A stretch of 64,000 nt of DNA from Myxococcales bacterium (GCA_022184915.1 JAGTJU010000004.1:416057-480056); one strand, 5' to 3'. Counted from the first letter of the stretch, positions 1 to 9,097 are shown. Program-made: numbers and translations. The notes: a model not told the origin generated them from the sequence alone.

Positions 1-224
1 TTTTGGGCATCGGGCAGAACGAGGTTCTTCTGCACGAACATGATCTCCCCCGTGGCCGAGAAGGACATGAGCAAGAAAATGACCAGCATGGTCATCATGT
101 CGATGTAGGCCACCAGGTTCAGGGCTTCCGAGACCGACTTGCGTCCGCCGTGCGAAAGTTTGGTGCTGACGGTCTCGAGCTTGATCGACCGATACAGTTG
201 GGAATGTGGAGCATGAATGGGCAT
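1..224 (-). CDS. ExbD/TolR-family biopolymer transport protein (continues past window edge)
   Basis: Minus-strand ATG at 224. Translation MPIHAPHSQLYRSIKLETVSTKLSHGGRKSVSEALNLVAYIDMMTMLVIFLL has the characteristic ExbD/TolR N-terminal TM segment. Last gene of the exbB-exbB-exbD-exbD array. Confidence 0.7.
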   Translation of the reverse strand, partial: MPIHAPHSQLYRSIKLETVSTKLSHGGRKSVSEALNLVAYIDMMTMLVIFLLMSFSATGEIMFVQKNLVLPDAQ

Positions 225-257
225 GTGACGTTCCTTCTCGCGTTGCCGCTTATGCCC

Positions 258-734
258 TCACAGGCCGCCGCCCGAACTGCTGTCGATCAGCGAGATGTCC
301 GGGTAGCGTGCCGACAAGGCCGCATCCATGGTCTTCACCAGGATGTCGAACTTGATGGAGTCTTCAGAGGCGACCTGGATGTCGTTCTTGTCGGGGTGCG
401 CTTCTTTGAGCCGCTTGAGCTCGGTCAGAAGGTCCTCGTAGGCGTAGTCGTCACCCTTTTTCTGGATGCGCTTCGAGTTCTCGTCCTCCACCACGTTGTA
501 GCCCTCTTGGTCGACCATGACCATGATTTTGGTCTTGATCTCGCTTGGGTCTACCTGGCCAGCTGCACTCTGCGACTTCTGCTGAACTTCCAGCCGCGCC
601 AGCTGCGTCCACACCGCCGTGATGAGGAGGAACGAGACCATACATGTGAGCAGGTCGATGTAGGGCACCAGGTTGAGGTCGGCCGAAACCGACTTCTTCC
701 CGCTTTTACCCCCCGTATCTACAGAAACGCTCAT
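258..734 (-). CDS. ExbD/TolR-family biopolymer transport protein
   Basis: 158-aa ORF. ADLNLVPYIDLLTCMVSFLLI TM helix plus periplasmic domain typical of ExbD/TolR. Confidence 0.8.
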   Translation of the reverse strand: MSVSVDTGGKSGKKSVSADLNLVPYIDLLTCMVSFLLITAVWTQLARLEVQQKSQSAAGQVDPSEIKTKIMVMVDQEGYNVVEDENSKRIQKKGDDYAYEDLLTELKRLKEAHPDKNDIQVASEDSIKFDILVKTMDAALSARYPDISLIDSSSGGGL

Positions 735-799
735 GGTCTAACTCCGCGTTGGAGGGGGAAGGTCGTGGCCCGCCCCCTACGTTGCTGCTCGGGAGGGAT

Positions 800-1447
800 T
801 TAGCCCTGGGCCTGGTGGTGGGCGGCGGCGTCGCGGCCAGCCACAGCGAGGTTGAGCGCTTCCACGCTGCCTTGGTTGATGCCGTCGAGAATGACCTGCG
901 TTTTTCCGTTGAGCCAGGCGAAGGTGGCCAGGCCCAGGATACCGGTGAAGAGACCGAAGGCCGTGCAGTTCATGGCCTCCGAGATACCGCGGGAGAGCAT
1001 CGTCGCCTTCAGGCTGGGGTCCACACCTGCCACGGATGCGAACGATTTGATGAGACCCGAAATCGTTCCCAGGAGGCCGGCCAGCGTGGCAAGGTTGCCC
1101 AGCATCGCCAGGTAGCCGGTGCGCTTCTCCACCGCGGGCAACTGGCGAAGGGCTTCTTCGTCCATGGCCTGCTGGATGTCGTGTTCGGTCCCTCCGGCGC
1201 GGCGCAGGCCCGCGGCGATGATTTTCGTGAGGGGCGTGCGCTGCTGCTCGCAGGTGCTGACGGCGCCGCGCACGTTGCCCTGGACGATTTGGGCCTTGAT
1301 GGTGCCCATGAGCTTGTTCACGTCCACCTTGGAGCGGGAAAGCACCATCACGCGGTCCACGCAAATGGCCACGATCATGATGAGCATGATCAAGATCGGG
1401 TACATGCCCCAGCCGCCCTCTTCGAACATATCAAGGATGAATCGCAT
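800..1447 (-). CDS. MotA/TolQ/ExbB proton-channel protein
   Basis: 215-aa ORF with 3 TM helices. Conserved YLAMLGNLATLAGLLGTISGLI and EAMNCTAFGLFTGI motifs of the TolQ/ExbB family. Confidence 0.85.
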   Translation of the reverse strand: MRFILDMFEEGGWGMYPILIMLIMIVAICVDRVMVLSRSKVDVNKLMGTIKAQIVQGNVRGAVSTCEQQRTPLTKIIAAGLRRAGGTEHDIQQAMDEEALRQLPAVEKRTGYLAMLGNLATLAGLLGTISGLIKSFASVAGVDPSLKATMLSRGISEAMNCTAFGLFTGILGLATFAWLNGKTQVILDGINQGSVEALNLAVAGRDAAAHHQAQG

Positions 1448-1504
1448 CGCTTCTGTCTCCTTACGAACGAACTTGCTGAAAATGCCTGTGCGGACCCGAC
1501 GTGC

Positions 1505-2146
1505 TCAACCGCGTGCAGCGGCTTTGGCGCTCGCCAGCATGTTGGCCACGTTCTTCCTGACCTCGGCGATGTCGTCGAGGATGTTTTGGGTCTTGCCGTT
1601 GAGCCATGCGTAGGTAGCGAGACCCACGATGCCCGTGAACAACCCGAAAGCGGTGCAGTTCATCGCCTCCGAAATGCCCTTCGAGAGCAAGGTGGCCTTT
1701 TGTGACGGGTCCACACCGGCCACGCCTGCGAACGACTTGATGAGGCCCGAAATGGTTCCCAACAAACCTGCCAAGGTGGCGAGGTTGCCCAGCATCGCCA
1801 GGTACCCCGTACGCTTCTCGATGAGGGGAAGCTCGCGCAGCCCGGCTTCGTCCATGGCAGACGCGATCTCTTCGTCGGACCGATTGGCGCGCATCAGACC
1901 CGCCTGAACGATGCGGGTCATGGGCGTGGCGTTGCCCGAGCAGACCTTGATGGCACCCTGGATGTTCGACTGGGAGATCTGCTGGCGCAGGAGGGAGACC
2001 AGCTTCTCCTTGTCGATGACGGCCTTGCGCAGGTATACGGCGCGTTCGACCACGATCGAGACCGTGAGCGTCAGCATTGCGAGGATTGGCCACATACCCC
2101 ATCCACCCTCGTGGAAGGCATCGGCCAATAGCTTGAGAAAGGTCAT
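1505..2146 (-). CDS. MotA/TolQ/ExbB proton-channel protein (tandem paralog)
   Basis: 213-aa ORF, near-identical core motifs to 800..1447. Confidence 0.85.
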   Translation of the reverse strand: MTFLKLLADAFHEGGWGMWPILAMLTLTVSIVVERAVYLRKAVIDKEKLVSLLRQQISQSNIQGAIKVCSGNATPMTRIVQAGLMRANRSDEEIASAMDEAGLRELPLIEKRTGYLAMLGNLATLAGLLGTISGLIKSFAGVAGVDPSQKATLLSKGISEAMNCTAFGLFTGIVGLATYAWLNGKTQNILDDIAEVRKNVANMLASAKAAARG

Positions 2147-2673
2147 CGGCTCCTCCTGTCGGAAATTCGGCTTCTAGAAGAACGGCTCAAAAAAACTCGA
2201 GGCCCACGCCGTCCGGTCACTGCCCTTCGGCTTCGGGGGTGCCGGCAAGCGGCAACCAAACGAAGGCGGGGGCACCGGGGGGGGCTCGGCGAACGGCAAT
2301 CGAAATACGGCAATCGACGGGTCCAGCGCGCGTGGGTCTACGGAGTTGTGGGCTCGAAGGGCCTACGCGAACGGTGCGAAGGAAAAGCTAATCGCTAGGT
2401 AAGGACCGTAGAAGCACTTTGAATGCCATAGATTTTGCCGTCGTGTAAAGGCAAGAAACACGTGTCGACGTGGCGAAATGCCACACCCCGTGGCAAACGG
2501 TCTCGACCCGGGGGATGTAGTCCCCGGCTTGAGGGGGCGAGTCCTCAGCTCCAACAGCGCAGCAAGGCCTACATCGGTGCCTTGGTGCGCCACCTGCGCG
2601 GCCCGAGAGAGGGGCGGTGTGCGTGGCCTGCGGGTTGTGAAGAGGGCGCGCGGGCGGTACGTTCAGTGCGTTC

Positions 2674-3204
2674 ATGCGTTCCACTCGCCTCGTCGACATC
2701 GTCGTGTTCGTGGTGGTGGCGGTCGCCATCCTGTTGCCGAGACCCGATGTCACCGTCAAGCGCGGCCTGGATCTCACCGAGGCCCAGCGCACGGAGCTTG
2801 CCCTGCTGCAGGCGGAGCTGTCTCGCGCTCCGGGATCGGTCGAGCCCACCTTGCGCCTCTCCAGCTTGCTGCTGGCCGGGGGGCAACCGGAATGGGCCTT
2901 GGCGGCGCTGACCCCGGCGCAGGAGAAGGCACCTTCCGATCACAGGCTTTACGTCCGCGAGAGCCTCGCGTGGGCGGAGCGATTCGAAGGGCAAGCCGCC
3001 CATCGTGCGGCGCAGCGTGCCTTGGCCCTGTGCGAGAGTGGCTCGAGCGAGCCCTGCACCGAGCCCGATCGCGTGCGCCTGCAGATGATCGCCTCGACTC
3101 TCGAACGGGTGAAGGACCTCGATATGCGAGACAACCCGAATGCGGCGAAAGAGCGCATTTTGGAGGCCCTCCGCCCGGGGCACGTGCCTCGCCACACACC
3201 CTGA
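2674..3204 (+). CDS. hypothetical protein with N-terminal membrane anchor
   Basis: 176-aa ORF. N-terminal hydrophobic stretch IVVFVVVAVAILL, helical Ala/Leu-rich remainder. No family recognised. Confidence 0.4.
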   Translation: MRSTRLVDIVVFVVVAVAILLPRPDVTVKRGLDLTEAQRTELALLQAELSRAPGSVEPTLRLSSLLLAGGQPEWALAALTPAQEKAPSDHRLYVRESLAWAERFEGQAAHRAAQRALALCESGSSEPCTEPDRVRLQMIASTLERVKDLDMRDNPNAAKERILEALRPGHVPRHTP

Positions 3205-3381
3205 AAAAGCGAATCGCTCGGGATCGAAAAAATCTCGCGAAACCCGCTTGACAGGGGGCCTCAGGATCCGCCACATTCCCCGCCTACCGACGGGGCGGGC
3301 GGCGGAAAAACTCAATCTTATTCGTGGCGAACCCCTCACCCTCCTGGGGGACTCGCAACGTACCGGACTCGGCAACTTTAT

Positions 3382-3458
3382 GCGCCTGTAGCTCAATTGG
3401 ATAGAGCATCGGCCTTCGAAGCCGAGGGCTGGGGGTTCGATTCCCTCCGGGCGCACCA
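3382..3458 (+). tRNA. tRNA-Arg (anticodon TCG), CCA encoded
   Basis: Cloverleaf by eye. Acceptor GCGCCTG/CGGGCGC, D-arm GCTC-AATTGGATA-GAGC, anticodon stem TCGGC/GCCGA with loop CTTCGAA, T-arm GTTCGATTC, 3' ACCA. Overall resembles bacterial tRNA-Arg. Confidence 0.75.
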
Positions 3459-3495
3459 CACGGACGAAGCTTAACGATCGCAAAACTGAAGATTC

Positions 3496-3568
3496 GGGCG
3501 CGTAGCTCAACTGGTAGAGCAGCGGACTCTTAATCCGTTGGTTCGGGGTTCGATTCCCTGCGCGCCCA
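3496..3568 (+). tRNA. tRNA-Lys (anticodon CTT)
   Basis: Acceptor GGGCGCG/CGCGCCC, D-arm TAGCTCAACTGGTAGAGC, anticodon loop CTCTTAA, T-loop GGTTCGATTCC. CCA not encoded. Confidence 0.8.
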
Positions 3569-3570
3569 CT
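3525..3570 (+). repeat. attL: 46-bp direct repeat, the 3' part of tRNA-Lys
   Basis: GACTCTTAATCCGTTGGTTCGGGGTTCGATTCCCTGCGCGCCCACT is repeated exactly at 9475..9520. Confidence 0.85.
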
Positions 3571-3577
3571 CTCGCAA

Positions 3578-4852
3578 CTACCCGGAATTCTTGGACAATT
3601 CACCCTGACGCAGCGTTTTCGCGGGGTCCGATTCACTCGAAGGTGTGTCGCTTCTGTGTCGCTTGTGCACGGTGCCGGCATCTTCGACGGACGCCAAGTG
3701 AGCGCGCTCGAGCCCCAGGGTCATCCGTCGATTCGCCTCGGTCACCAGGTGCTCTGTGGCCAGGTGGGCGTAGACCGAAGCGGTTAGGTTGGCGCTGGAG
3801 TGGCCCAAGGTCTTCTGAAGGTCCAGGAGGCTTCCGCCAGCCATCACCCACAACGACGCGAACCCATGCCGAAGGTCGTGGACCGTCATCCGCTGAAGCC
3901 CCAGGGCTTCGCAGGCTCGTTCCAGGAGCGTGTTCAGGTGCCAGGCGTCGCGTGGCAAGGGCTTGCCGGTGTCCGGGTGAGGGAACACCAGATCGCCGGG
4001 CTTGGTCTTGCGGCTGGTGGCCAGGTGCTCTTCGAGGATGGTCGCCAGCTCGGACGTCATCGGGACAACGCGGCCCTTGCCAGACTTGGGCAGCGCGTCG
4101 AACGAGCGACGGATCGTCACCACCCTGCGGGATGGGTCGACGTCGCCCCACTGAAGCCCAGCGGCTTCGCCTCTGCGGGCCCCAGTGAGCATCAAGAACC
4201 CCGCGATGGGGTACCACCCGGGCGCCGTTTGCCTGAGGTAGGCCAGGAGCTTGGCCGCTTCGTGGGGGGTCTCAAGCGGCGGGCGCAGCTTGGCCGGGCG
4301 CTCGGCGAGCATGTACGAGCCGCGTCGGAAGCGAGCGATGGGGCTCGTTTGGAGATACCCAGCGGACACCGCGAAGTTCAGGACGCTTCGCAAGAGCGCC
4401 AACACCCTGTTGACCGTCGGGGCGGCGCGACCCTTCGAGAGCCACTCGCGGAAGTCCACGATGCGCCCGTGGGTGAGCTCGTTCACGGCCAGGCGCTCGC
4501 CGAAGTGCTGGACCACCAGCCCCCAGCGCTGAACGTTGTCCTCGTGAGAGCGCAGCTTGGGCTTCGAGTGTGTGCGTAACCACTCGCGGCCGACATCGGC
4601 CAGGGTCGTTTCGCCGGCCCGGTGGGCATCGAGCAGGCCAGACTCAGCCGCAACGCGGACCTTGGCCAAGAACGCCTGGGCTTCGGTCTTCGTCCTGAAC
4701 CCGCGCCGCCCGCGGCGGCGTCCGCCCTCGACCCAGCGAACCGTAAAGCTGGGCGCAGTGGGCGTGCCGGTCGAAACGACCGAGCCAAAGTCTCGTTTCG
4801 AAGCCCTGCGCTTTCGCGGCGCGCGGCGTGGCGTGGTATTGTCGTCGGGCAT
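3578..4852 (-). CDS. int: tyrosine-type site-specific integrase
   Basis: C-terminal catalytic domain with TGARRGE, HDLRH, GH and terminal Tyr (YAHL) signature. Start set at the internal ATG (MPDDNTT) rather than the ORF-track start at 5098, because the upstream part overlaps the att-proximal palindrome. Confidence 0.85.
   Translation of the reverse strand: MPDDNTTPRRAPRKRRASKRDFGSVVSTGTPTAPSFTVRWVEGGRRRGRRGFRTKTEAQAFLAKVRVAAESGLLDAHRAGETTLADVGREWLRTHSKPKLRSHEDNVQRWGLVVQHFGERLAVNELTHGRIVDFREWLSKGRAAPTVNRVLALLRSVLNFAVSAGYLQTSPIARFRRGSYMLAERPAKLRPPLETPHEAAKLLAYLRQTAPGWYPIAGFLMLTGARRGEAAGLQWGDVDPSRRVVTIRRSFDALPKSGKGRVVPMTSELATILEEHLATSRKTKPGDLVFPHPDTGKPLPRDAWHLNTLLERACEALGLQRMTVHDLRHGFASLWVMAGGSLLDLQKTLGHSSANLTASVYAHLATEHLVTEANRRMTLGLERAHLASVEDAGTVHKRHRSDTPSSESDPAKTLRQGELSKNSG
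3644..3664 (+). repeat. two direct TGTGTCGCTT repeats (putative integrase arm-type sites, left end)
   Basis: TGTGTCGCTTcTGTGTCGCTT just inside attL. The same 10-mer occurs three times near attR. Confidence 0.5.
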
Positions 4853-4980
4853 TGGTCGTTCGGTGGGTCGCCGCCCCGGCACGCGTAAAGCTTCGATCCC
4901 TCCGCGCGTGCCGGGGCATCTCTTTCGCCCATCGTGAACGAAGCCCGAACCGCTGTCACGTTCGAGGCGCTTTGACGCGG

Positions 4981-5027
4981 TCAGTAATATTCGGACATCA
5001 TGTCCGGAAATTACCGGGTGCGTCAAT
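4981..5027 (+). promoter_or_regulatory. ~47-bp conserved element containing the near-palindrome CGGACATcATGTCCG, upstream of int
   Basis: TCAGTAATATTCGGACATCATGTCCGGAAATTACCGGGTGCGTCAA. A second copy with 5 mismatches is at 9260..9306. Confidence 0.5.
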
Positions 5028-5250
5028 TGAGGCGAGCTTGGCCGGCCAACGCTTCGACCAAATCGTGGTAAGCCGCGGTGAAGCGTGCTTCGTGGCAATC
5101 GACGCCAGTCACCAGGGCGTGGCCCCCGAGCTCAAGCCATGCGTTCAGCGTGTCGTCCGAAAGGCCAGCGAAGAAGCGCGCGGTGCCCTCGTGCCGGTGC
5201 TCGGCGAAGAGCCCCAGGAACAACACAGCCCGGCCGTGGTCGAAGCTCAC
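5023..5250 (-). CDS. hypothetical small protein (island)
   Basis: 75-aa ORF. Its start overlaps the stop of the upstream gene by 4 nt. Confidence 0.3.
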   Translation of the reverse strand: MSFDHGRAVLFLGLFAEHRHEGTARFFAGLSDDTLNAWLELGGHALVTGVDCHEARFTAAYHDLVEALAGQARLN

Positions 5251-5693
5251 GGCTCCCCCTCGGTGCCGCCGGGCAGCGCTGGCACTTCGGCAACGTCGAT
5301 GGCTTCGTCGGGCTCGCCCCGTCGCTGGCGGGCAAGGGCCAGGAGCTCGGTCAGGCGTGAAGTGAGGCGTTCGGTGGTCTTGTTTTGCAAGGAATCGAGC
5401 AACCTGTTTGCTTGCGTCGTGTCCAGCTCGGCATCGAGGGCCAACGGCTGAATCGGCTTCCCGACGGCGTAGAACAGGATCAGTTCCAGGGCCTTCAGTT
5501 GCTCACGTGGCGAGGGCGGGGCGCCATGGCCAGCCGGTAAGCCGTTTGCGAACCTCACGAGCGCGTCGATAGCATCGGGCGCCGCCCCTCGAAGCGAGTT
5601 TGCAAGTTCATCGCGCCAACGCGGCCGGCCGGCCGGGTTTGGGCTCGGCATGCCCTTCGTCCAGCGGTTGGTCGGCTTCGGAGCGTCAGGCAT
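5247..5693 (-). CDS. hypothetical phage-like protein with NPAGRP motif (DUF5681-like / small-terminase-like)
   Basis: 148-aa ORF with N-terminal KGMPSPNPAGRPRW. This motif is common in phage/satellite proteins of unknown function. Confidence 0.4.
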   Translation of the reverse strand: MPDAPKPTNRWTKGMPSPNPAGRPRWRDELANSLRGAAPDAIDALVRFANGLPAGHGAPPSPREQLKALELILFYAVGKPIQPLALDAELDTTQANRLLDSLQNKTTERLTSRLTELLALARQRRGEPDEAIDVAEVPALPGGTEGEP

Positions 5694-5699
5694 GGCCGC

Positions 5700-6023
5700 T
5701 CACATGAAAAGGCTTGCTTGCTTCGGCGGCTCGGGAGGTGCCACGAGCTTCGGGGTCCGTCGTTCGCGGCGCTTGGCCGGCGGGGCCACGAACGGCACAG
5801 CGGTGGCCCATGTCTGCCGGTCGTGTCCAAGGCGTTTTTGAAGCTCCAAGACTCGAAGCAACGTCCGCACCTCGCTGGGAAACCCCTGCAAAATGCCGCG
5901 AACGGTGGCCGGGCTCGTTCGCAGACGAAGCGCGGTCTTCGCGAGGCCGCACACCGCCACGTGCTCGGCGAGAAACGCCCGAAGCTTGCTCGTCGGCGCA
6001 ACCCCCCTTGAACGTAACTGCAT
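5700..6023 (-). CDS. hypothetical protein (island)
   Basis: 107-aa ORF in the same orientation as the island genes. No family recognised. Confidence 0.3.
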   Translation of the reverse strand: MQLRSRGVAPTSKLRAFLAEHVAVCGLAKTALRLRTSPATVRGILQGFPSEVRTLLRVLELQKRLGHDRQTWATAVPFVAPPAKRRERRTPKLVAPPEPPKQASLFM

Positions 6024-6029
6024 GGCAAA

Positions 6030-6647
6030 TCACGATGCCACCTCGCAGGCCGAGGCGAGCTTTTGAACCCCATCAGCGAGCGCATCGAGCGCCACTTGCG
6101 GCGTGAGGCGGCCAGCCAAGGCATCGCGAATCGTGACTTGCGAAACGCCGCTTGCGGTCGCCAGCTGGGCAGGCGTCCACTTTCGAGCGGCTTCGATAAG
6201 CTCGGGCGGCGCAAACCCGGATGCGCGTGCAACGCTCTGGCTTGGCCCAGGAAGCGCGTCCTCGGTCGCTGGCTGCCCAGGGTCGTCCAAAGGTGCTTTC
6301 GAAGCGCGTGGCGCAGCGGCGGCCCGTTTGGCGAGGTGTTTGGTTCGTGCCGCTCGCCACTTGCGGCGTTGGGCTTCGAGCTCGGTGGGCGTCAGCTCAT
6401 GGGCCAACTTGCGACGTCGCTTAGGCGGCTTCGGCTCGGGCTCGGCCGACGATGCGAGCGGCTCGATGGGGTGCGACTTGATAATTACAAACGCTTTCCG
6501 GCGAGGCCTTCGAGGCTTCGTTGGTGCGGGCGCTTCGGCCACCGGCGGGGCCACGACGGGCACCGAAGCGCTCGCAGAGGCCACTGAGGCTTCGAGCCTC
6601 TCAAGCAAATCGGCGAGGGCGCGAAGTTCATTGGGTCGAAGCATCAC
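6030..6647 (-). CDS. hypothetical protein with C-terminal helix-turn-helix
   Basis: 205-aa ORF. Pro/Lys/Arg-rich linker, then AQLATASGVSQVTIRDALAGR HTH-like segment. Confidence 0.4.
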   Translation of the reverse strand: MMLRPNELRALADLLERLEASVASASASVPVVAPPVAEAPAPTKPRRPRRKAFVIIKSHPIEPLASSAEPEPKPPKRRRKLAHELTPTELEAQRRKWRAARTKHLAKRAAAAPRASKAPLDDPGQPATEDALPGPSQSVARASGFAPPELIEAARKWTPAQLATASGVSQVTIRDALAGRLTPQVALDALADGVQKLASACEVAS

Positions 6648-6949
6648 AACCCCCGAAAGAGCCTGTCGAAGTTCGCGGAAAGTGTCTCGGCGGCGGCATC
6701 GACGCGCCGCTGATGCTCGGCACGCTGGCGGTTGGCTTCGCGCAATTCGGCTTCGCGCTGGGCAGCCTCATCGGCAAGACGTTCAGCCCGGGGCCGTGGG
6801 CGCCGTGGCGACGCGGGCGCTTCACCGGGCGGCGGCCCACCGGCGAAAGCATGCGAAACGCAGGCCTCGAAGTGCCGTCGGCGCGCCAGCTCGTAGCGTT
6901 CCAAAGCGCGGGCGTATTCGACTTCGACGTGGTCAGTTTCGTTCGGCAT
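6644..6949 (-). CDS. hypothetical coiled-coil protein (island)
   Basis: ORF 6644..6997. The internal ATG (MPNETDHVEVEY) is preferred as start. Confidence 0.3.
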   Translation of the reverse strand: MPNETDHVEVEYARALERYELARRRHFEACVSHAFAGGPPPGEAPASPRRPRPRAERLADEAAQREAELREANRQRAEHQRRVDAAAETLSANFDRLFRGL

Positions 6950-7108
6950 CGGTCGGTCCTTTCGTGGTGGCCAAAGTTCACAAGTAACAAGCGACAAGCG
7001 AACTGTTTCGGGCGTGCTCTGAATCCAGTTTCAACGCGCGCCGAAGCAACGCCCAAAGGCGGCGAAGCCTGGAACCGCGGCGGCGTCTCACGAACGTGGC
7101 GACGGCGT

Positions 7109-7891
7109 TCATCGCCCACCTCGCGAAAACCCGTCTGCCGCCGCCTGACGCTTGCGGTCGAACTCGGGCTGGAACGACGCTGCGTTGGCGGCGATGCGCC
7201 GGGCAAGCTCGCGGGTCGCCCGTTCCTCGGCATCGTCCGGGGCTGCCGGTGCCGGTGTCGTCGGGGGCTGTGCCTTGGCCCGCGCCGCGAACCACTCGGC
7301 CTCGACCCGCTCGTCGAACGCCGCGGCGCGAGCGGCCTCGTCGTCCTGCGGCGCCGGCGTCACTGCGGCGTGTATGCCGGTGTCGGTGTCCCGGTGCGTC
7401 GGGGTAGTACTATGACCAGTAGCGTTACTCTGAATAGTACCGTATTCGATGATATCTGAGGCGGACCCATATCGGTCCCCATGTGGGGGGCCAGATGGGT
7501 ACCCACTTGGGGACCCAGATGGGTACCCATCGCCTATGTCCTTGTTTTCATTGGACTTGGGCGTCCAACGGCGCGCTGCGCCCGACCGTCCGCCGTCACG
7601 CTGTGCTCGATACTTCGCCTCAACCGCCGTATCGTAGCCGAGCACGGCGAGATCATCGCCCGACCAGGCCGCGAGGCCCGAGGAGACGAGGCGATCGGCT
7701 TGCGAGCGGTTGATTCCCGGCCCCCGTAGCCAGGCCCGTGGCGCCCACCGGCGAGCCCCGGACAGTACCCCGCCGGTTTCCTGTTCGCCGCAGTGCACAG
7801 CGAGCCGAAGCCACGTGGCGACGTCTGCGTCGCTGGCGGCAGCCATGGCAGGCGAGCGATACCAGCTGTGATCGATTGGGGTGAATCTCAT
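7109..7891 (-). CDS. hypothetical protein with GYPSG tandem repeat (island)
   Basis: Starts at MRFTPIDHSW, with the ATG overlapping the xis stop (ATGA). Contains GYPSGSPSGYPSGPP, encoded by a 22-bp tandem DNA repeat around 7489..7535. The longer ORF-track call (7109..8116) overlaps xis in another frame. Confidence 0.45.
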   Translation of the reverse strand: MRFTPIDHSWYRSPAMAAASDADVATWLRLAVHCGEQETGGVLSGARRWAPRAWLRGPGINRSQADRLVSSGLAAWSGDDLAVLGYDTAVEAKYRAQRDGGRSGAARRWTPKSNENKDIGDGYPSGSPSGYPSGPPHGDRYGSASDIIEYGTIQSNATGHSTTPTHRDTDTGIHAAVTPAPQDDEAARAAAFDERVEAEWFAARAKAQPPTTPAPAAPDDAEERATRELARRIAANAASFQPEFDRKRQAAADGFSRGGR

Positions 7892-8103
7892 CGGGCGCCC
7901 CCGGTCTCGGGCTGGGCGCCGGCAGTGCTGCGAGACTCGACCCATCGGCTCAGCACGGTCTCGGCAACCAACACGCGCCTTCCGATGCGCACGGCATCGA
8001 TTTCGCCCCGTCGAACGGCCTGATACCACCAGGACCTCGACACGTTCGTGAGGCGCGCCACTTCGTCGAGCGGCAGCAACCGGGGCAGTGTGGCGGGTGT
8101 CAT
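7888..8103 (-). CDS. xis: excisionase / AlpA-family HTH DNA-binding protein
   Basis: 71 aa. LLPLDEVARLTNVSRSWWYQAVRRGEIDAVRIGRRVLV matches the Xis/AlpA (HTH_17) fold signature. Confidence 0.75.
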   Translation of the reverse strand: MTPATLPRLLPLDEVARLTNVSRSWWYQAVRRGEIDAVRIGRRVLVAETVLSRWVESRSTAGAQPETGGAR

Positions 8104-8402
8104 CGCGGACCTCCATGCGGCGCCAACTCGTCGAGGCGCTGCCCGGCTACCGCGACGATGTTTCGGACGCAGCCGAGACCCGCCATGAGGCGCGCGATTG
8201 TCGACCGCGACACGCTCAGGAGCTCGGCGGCGCGTGGTTCACCCTCGCGCTGGACCAGGCCGCGCAACACCTCGCGGTGCCTCGGCGAGAGCGGGACCCC
8301 CTTGGCGGCGAATGGCCCGCCGGCTCGGGAGATTCGTTCGTTTGGGTTTGACATGCCCAAACGATGCCGTGGCCCGCGCGCCCCGTGGCCGAGTTCGGAC
8401 AA
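8100..8402 (-). CDS. putative HTH regulator (island)
   Basis: 100-aa ORF. Its stop overlaps the xis start (ATGA). LSPRHREVLRGL...SRSTIARLMA resembles a LuxR/sigma-region-4-like HTH. The true start may be the internal MSNPNERI. Confidence 0.4.
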   Translation of the reverse strand: MSELGHGARGPRHRLGMSNPNERISRAGGPFAAKGVPLSPRHREVLRGLVQREGEPRAAELLSVSRSTIARLMAGLGCVRNIVAVAGQRLDELAPHGGPR

Positions 8403-8437
8403 TTCGGATTTGTCCGAACTTTTGGTACCAATGCGGT

Positions 8438-9097
8438 TTACCTCTTGACTTGTTTCGCTTCGCCGTCAAACAGCCCCTTCGCCCGTCGCTGGCTCATGCC
8501 CATCGCCGCCAAGGCACGGCGAACGTATTCCTCGCCGTCGTAGGCGCTGGCGTCCCGGTCCCGCCACAAGAGCCGCTCGAAGGCGGACGCCACGGCCAAC
8601 GTGAACGCATGCCGCTCGGCGGGCTCATCGAGCACGGACACCTTGGTCCCATCGGCGGCAAGCTGGGCTCGCAGGCATGGGCAGCGGTCGAGCACTTCGC
8701 CCACGAAGGACGCAGCAAGCTCGTGCTCTGTGGCTGGCGAGCGCAACCGGGCCTCGAGGGCGTTCACCAGCGCGGCAAGCTCCACGGGCCGCTCGCTCGC
8801 TCTGCCAGCGCTTGGCGCCACCCGGGCCGCAACTTCGAGGCGCTTGAGCGTGGCGGCGTCGCCGTCGCGAAGTGCTTGCACGAGGCCCGCGAGCACCGAT
8901 GCCACTTGCCGGCTTTCGTGGCCCTCTGGGCGAAACTGCGCTTCGTGGTCGAAGCTCACCCACGCTTCGGCAAGCAGCCCCTTGGCGTCTTCGAGGGCTT
9001 CATCGCCGCCCCACAACGCAAGCGGCTTGCCGTCATCCTCGACTTCGCCAAGCTCGACCAACCCGGCCTTGAGCTCGGCTCGTGGGTCGTAGCCCAT
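8438..9097 (-). CDS. hypothetical protein (island)
   Basis: 219-aa ORF, first gene inside attR. Acidic, helical. No family recognised. Confidence 0.4.
   Translation of the reverse strand: MGYDPRAELKAGLVELGEVEDDGKPLALWGGDEALEDAKGLLAEAWVSFDHEAQFRPEGHESRQVASVLAGLVQALRDGDAATLKRLEVAARVAPSAGRASERPVELAALVNALEARLRSPATEHELAASFVGEVLDRCPCLRAQLAADGTKVSVLDEPAERHAFTLAVASAFERLLWRDRDASAYDGEEYVRRALAAMGMSQRRAKGLFDGEAKQVKR

Noticed and set aside
3382-3458. tRNA-Arg as a second integration site
   Set aside because: I found no duplication of its 3' end anywhere downstream in the window. Only tRNA-Lys has a partner att repeat.
3578-5098. 506-aa integrase ORF-track call
   Set aside because: The first 82 codons run over the att-proximal palindrome and 47-bp element and have no integrase similarity. 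The start was moved to 4852.
6980-6998. Three ACAAG repeats at 7-bp spacing (ACAAGTAACAAGCGACAAGCG) in the 6950-7108 intergenic region
   Set aside because: Too short and unique to call an iteron or operator with any confidence. Kept only as a note.
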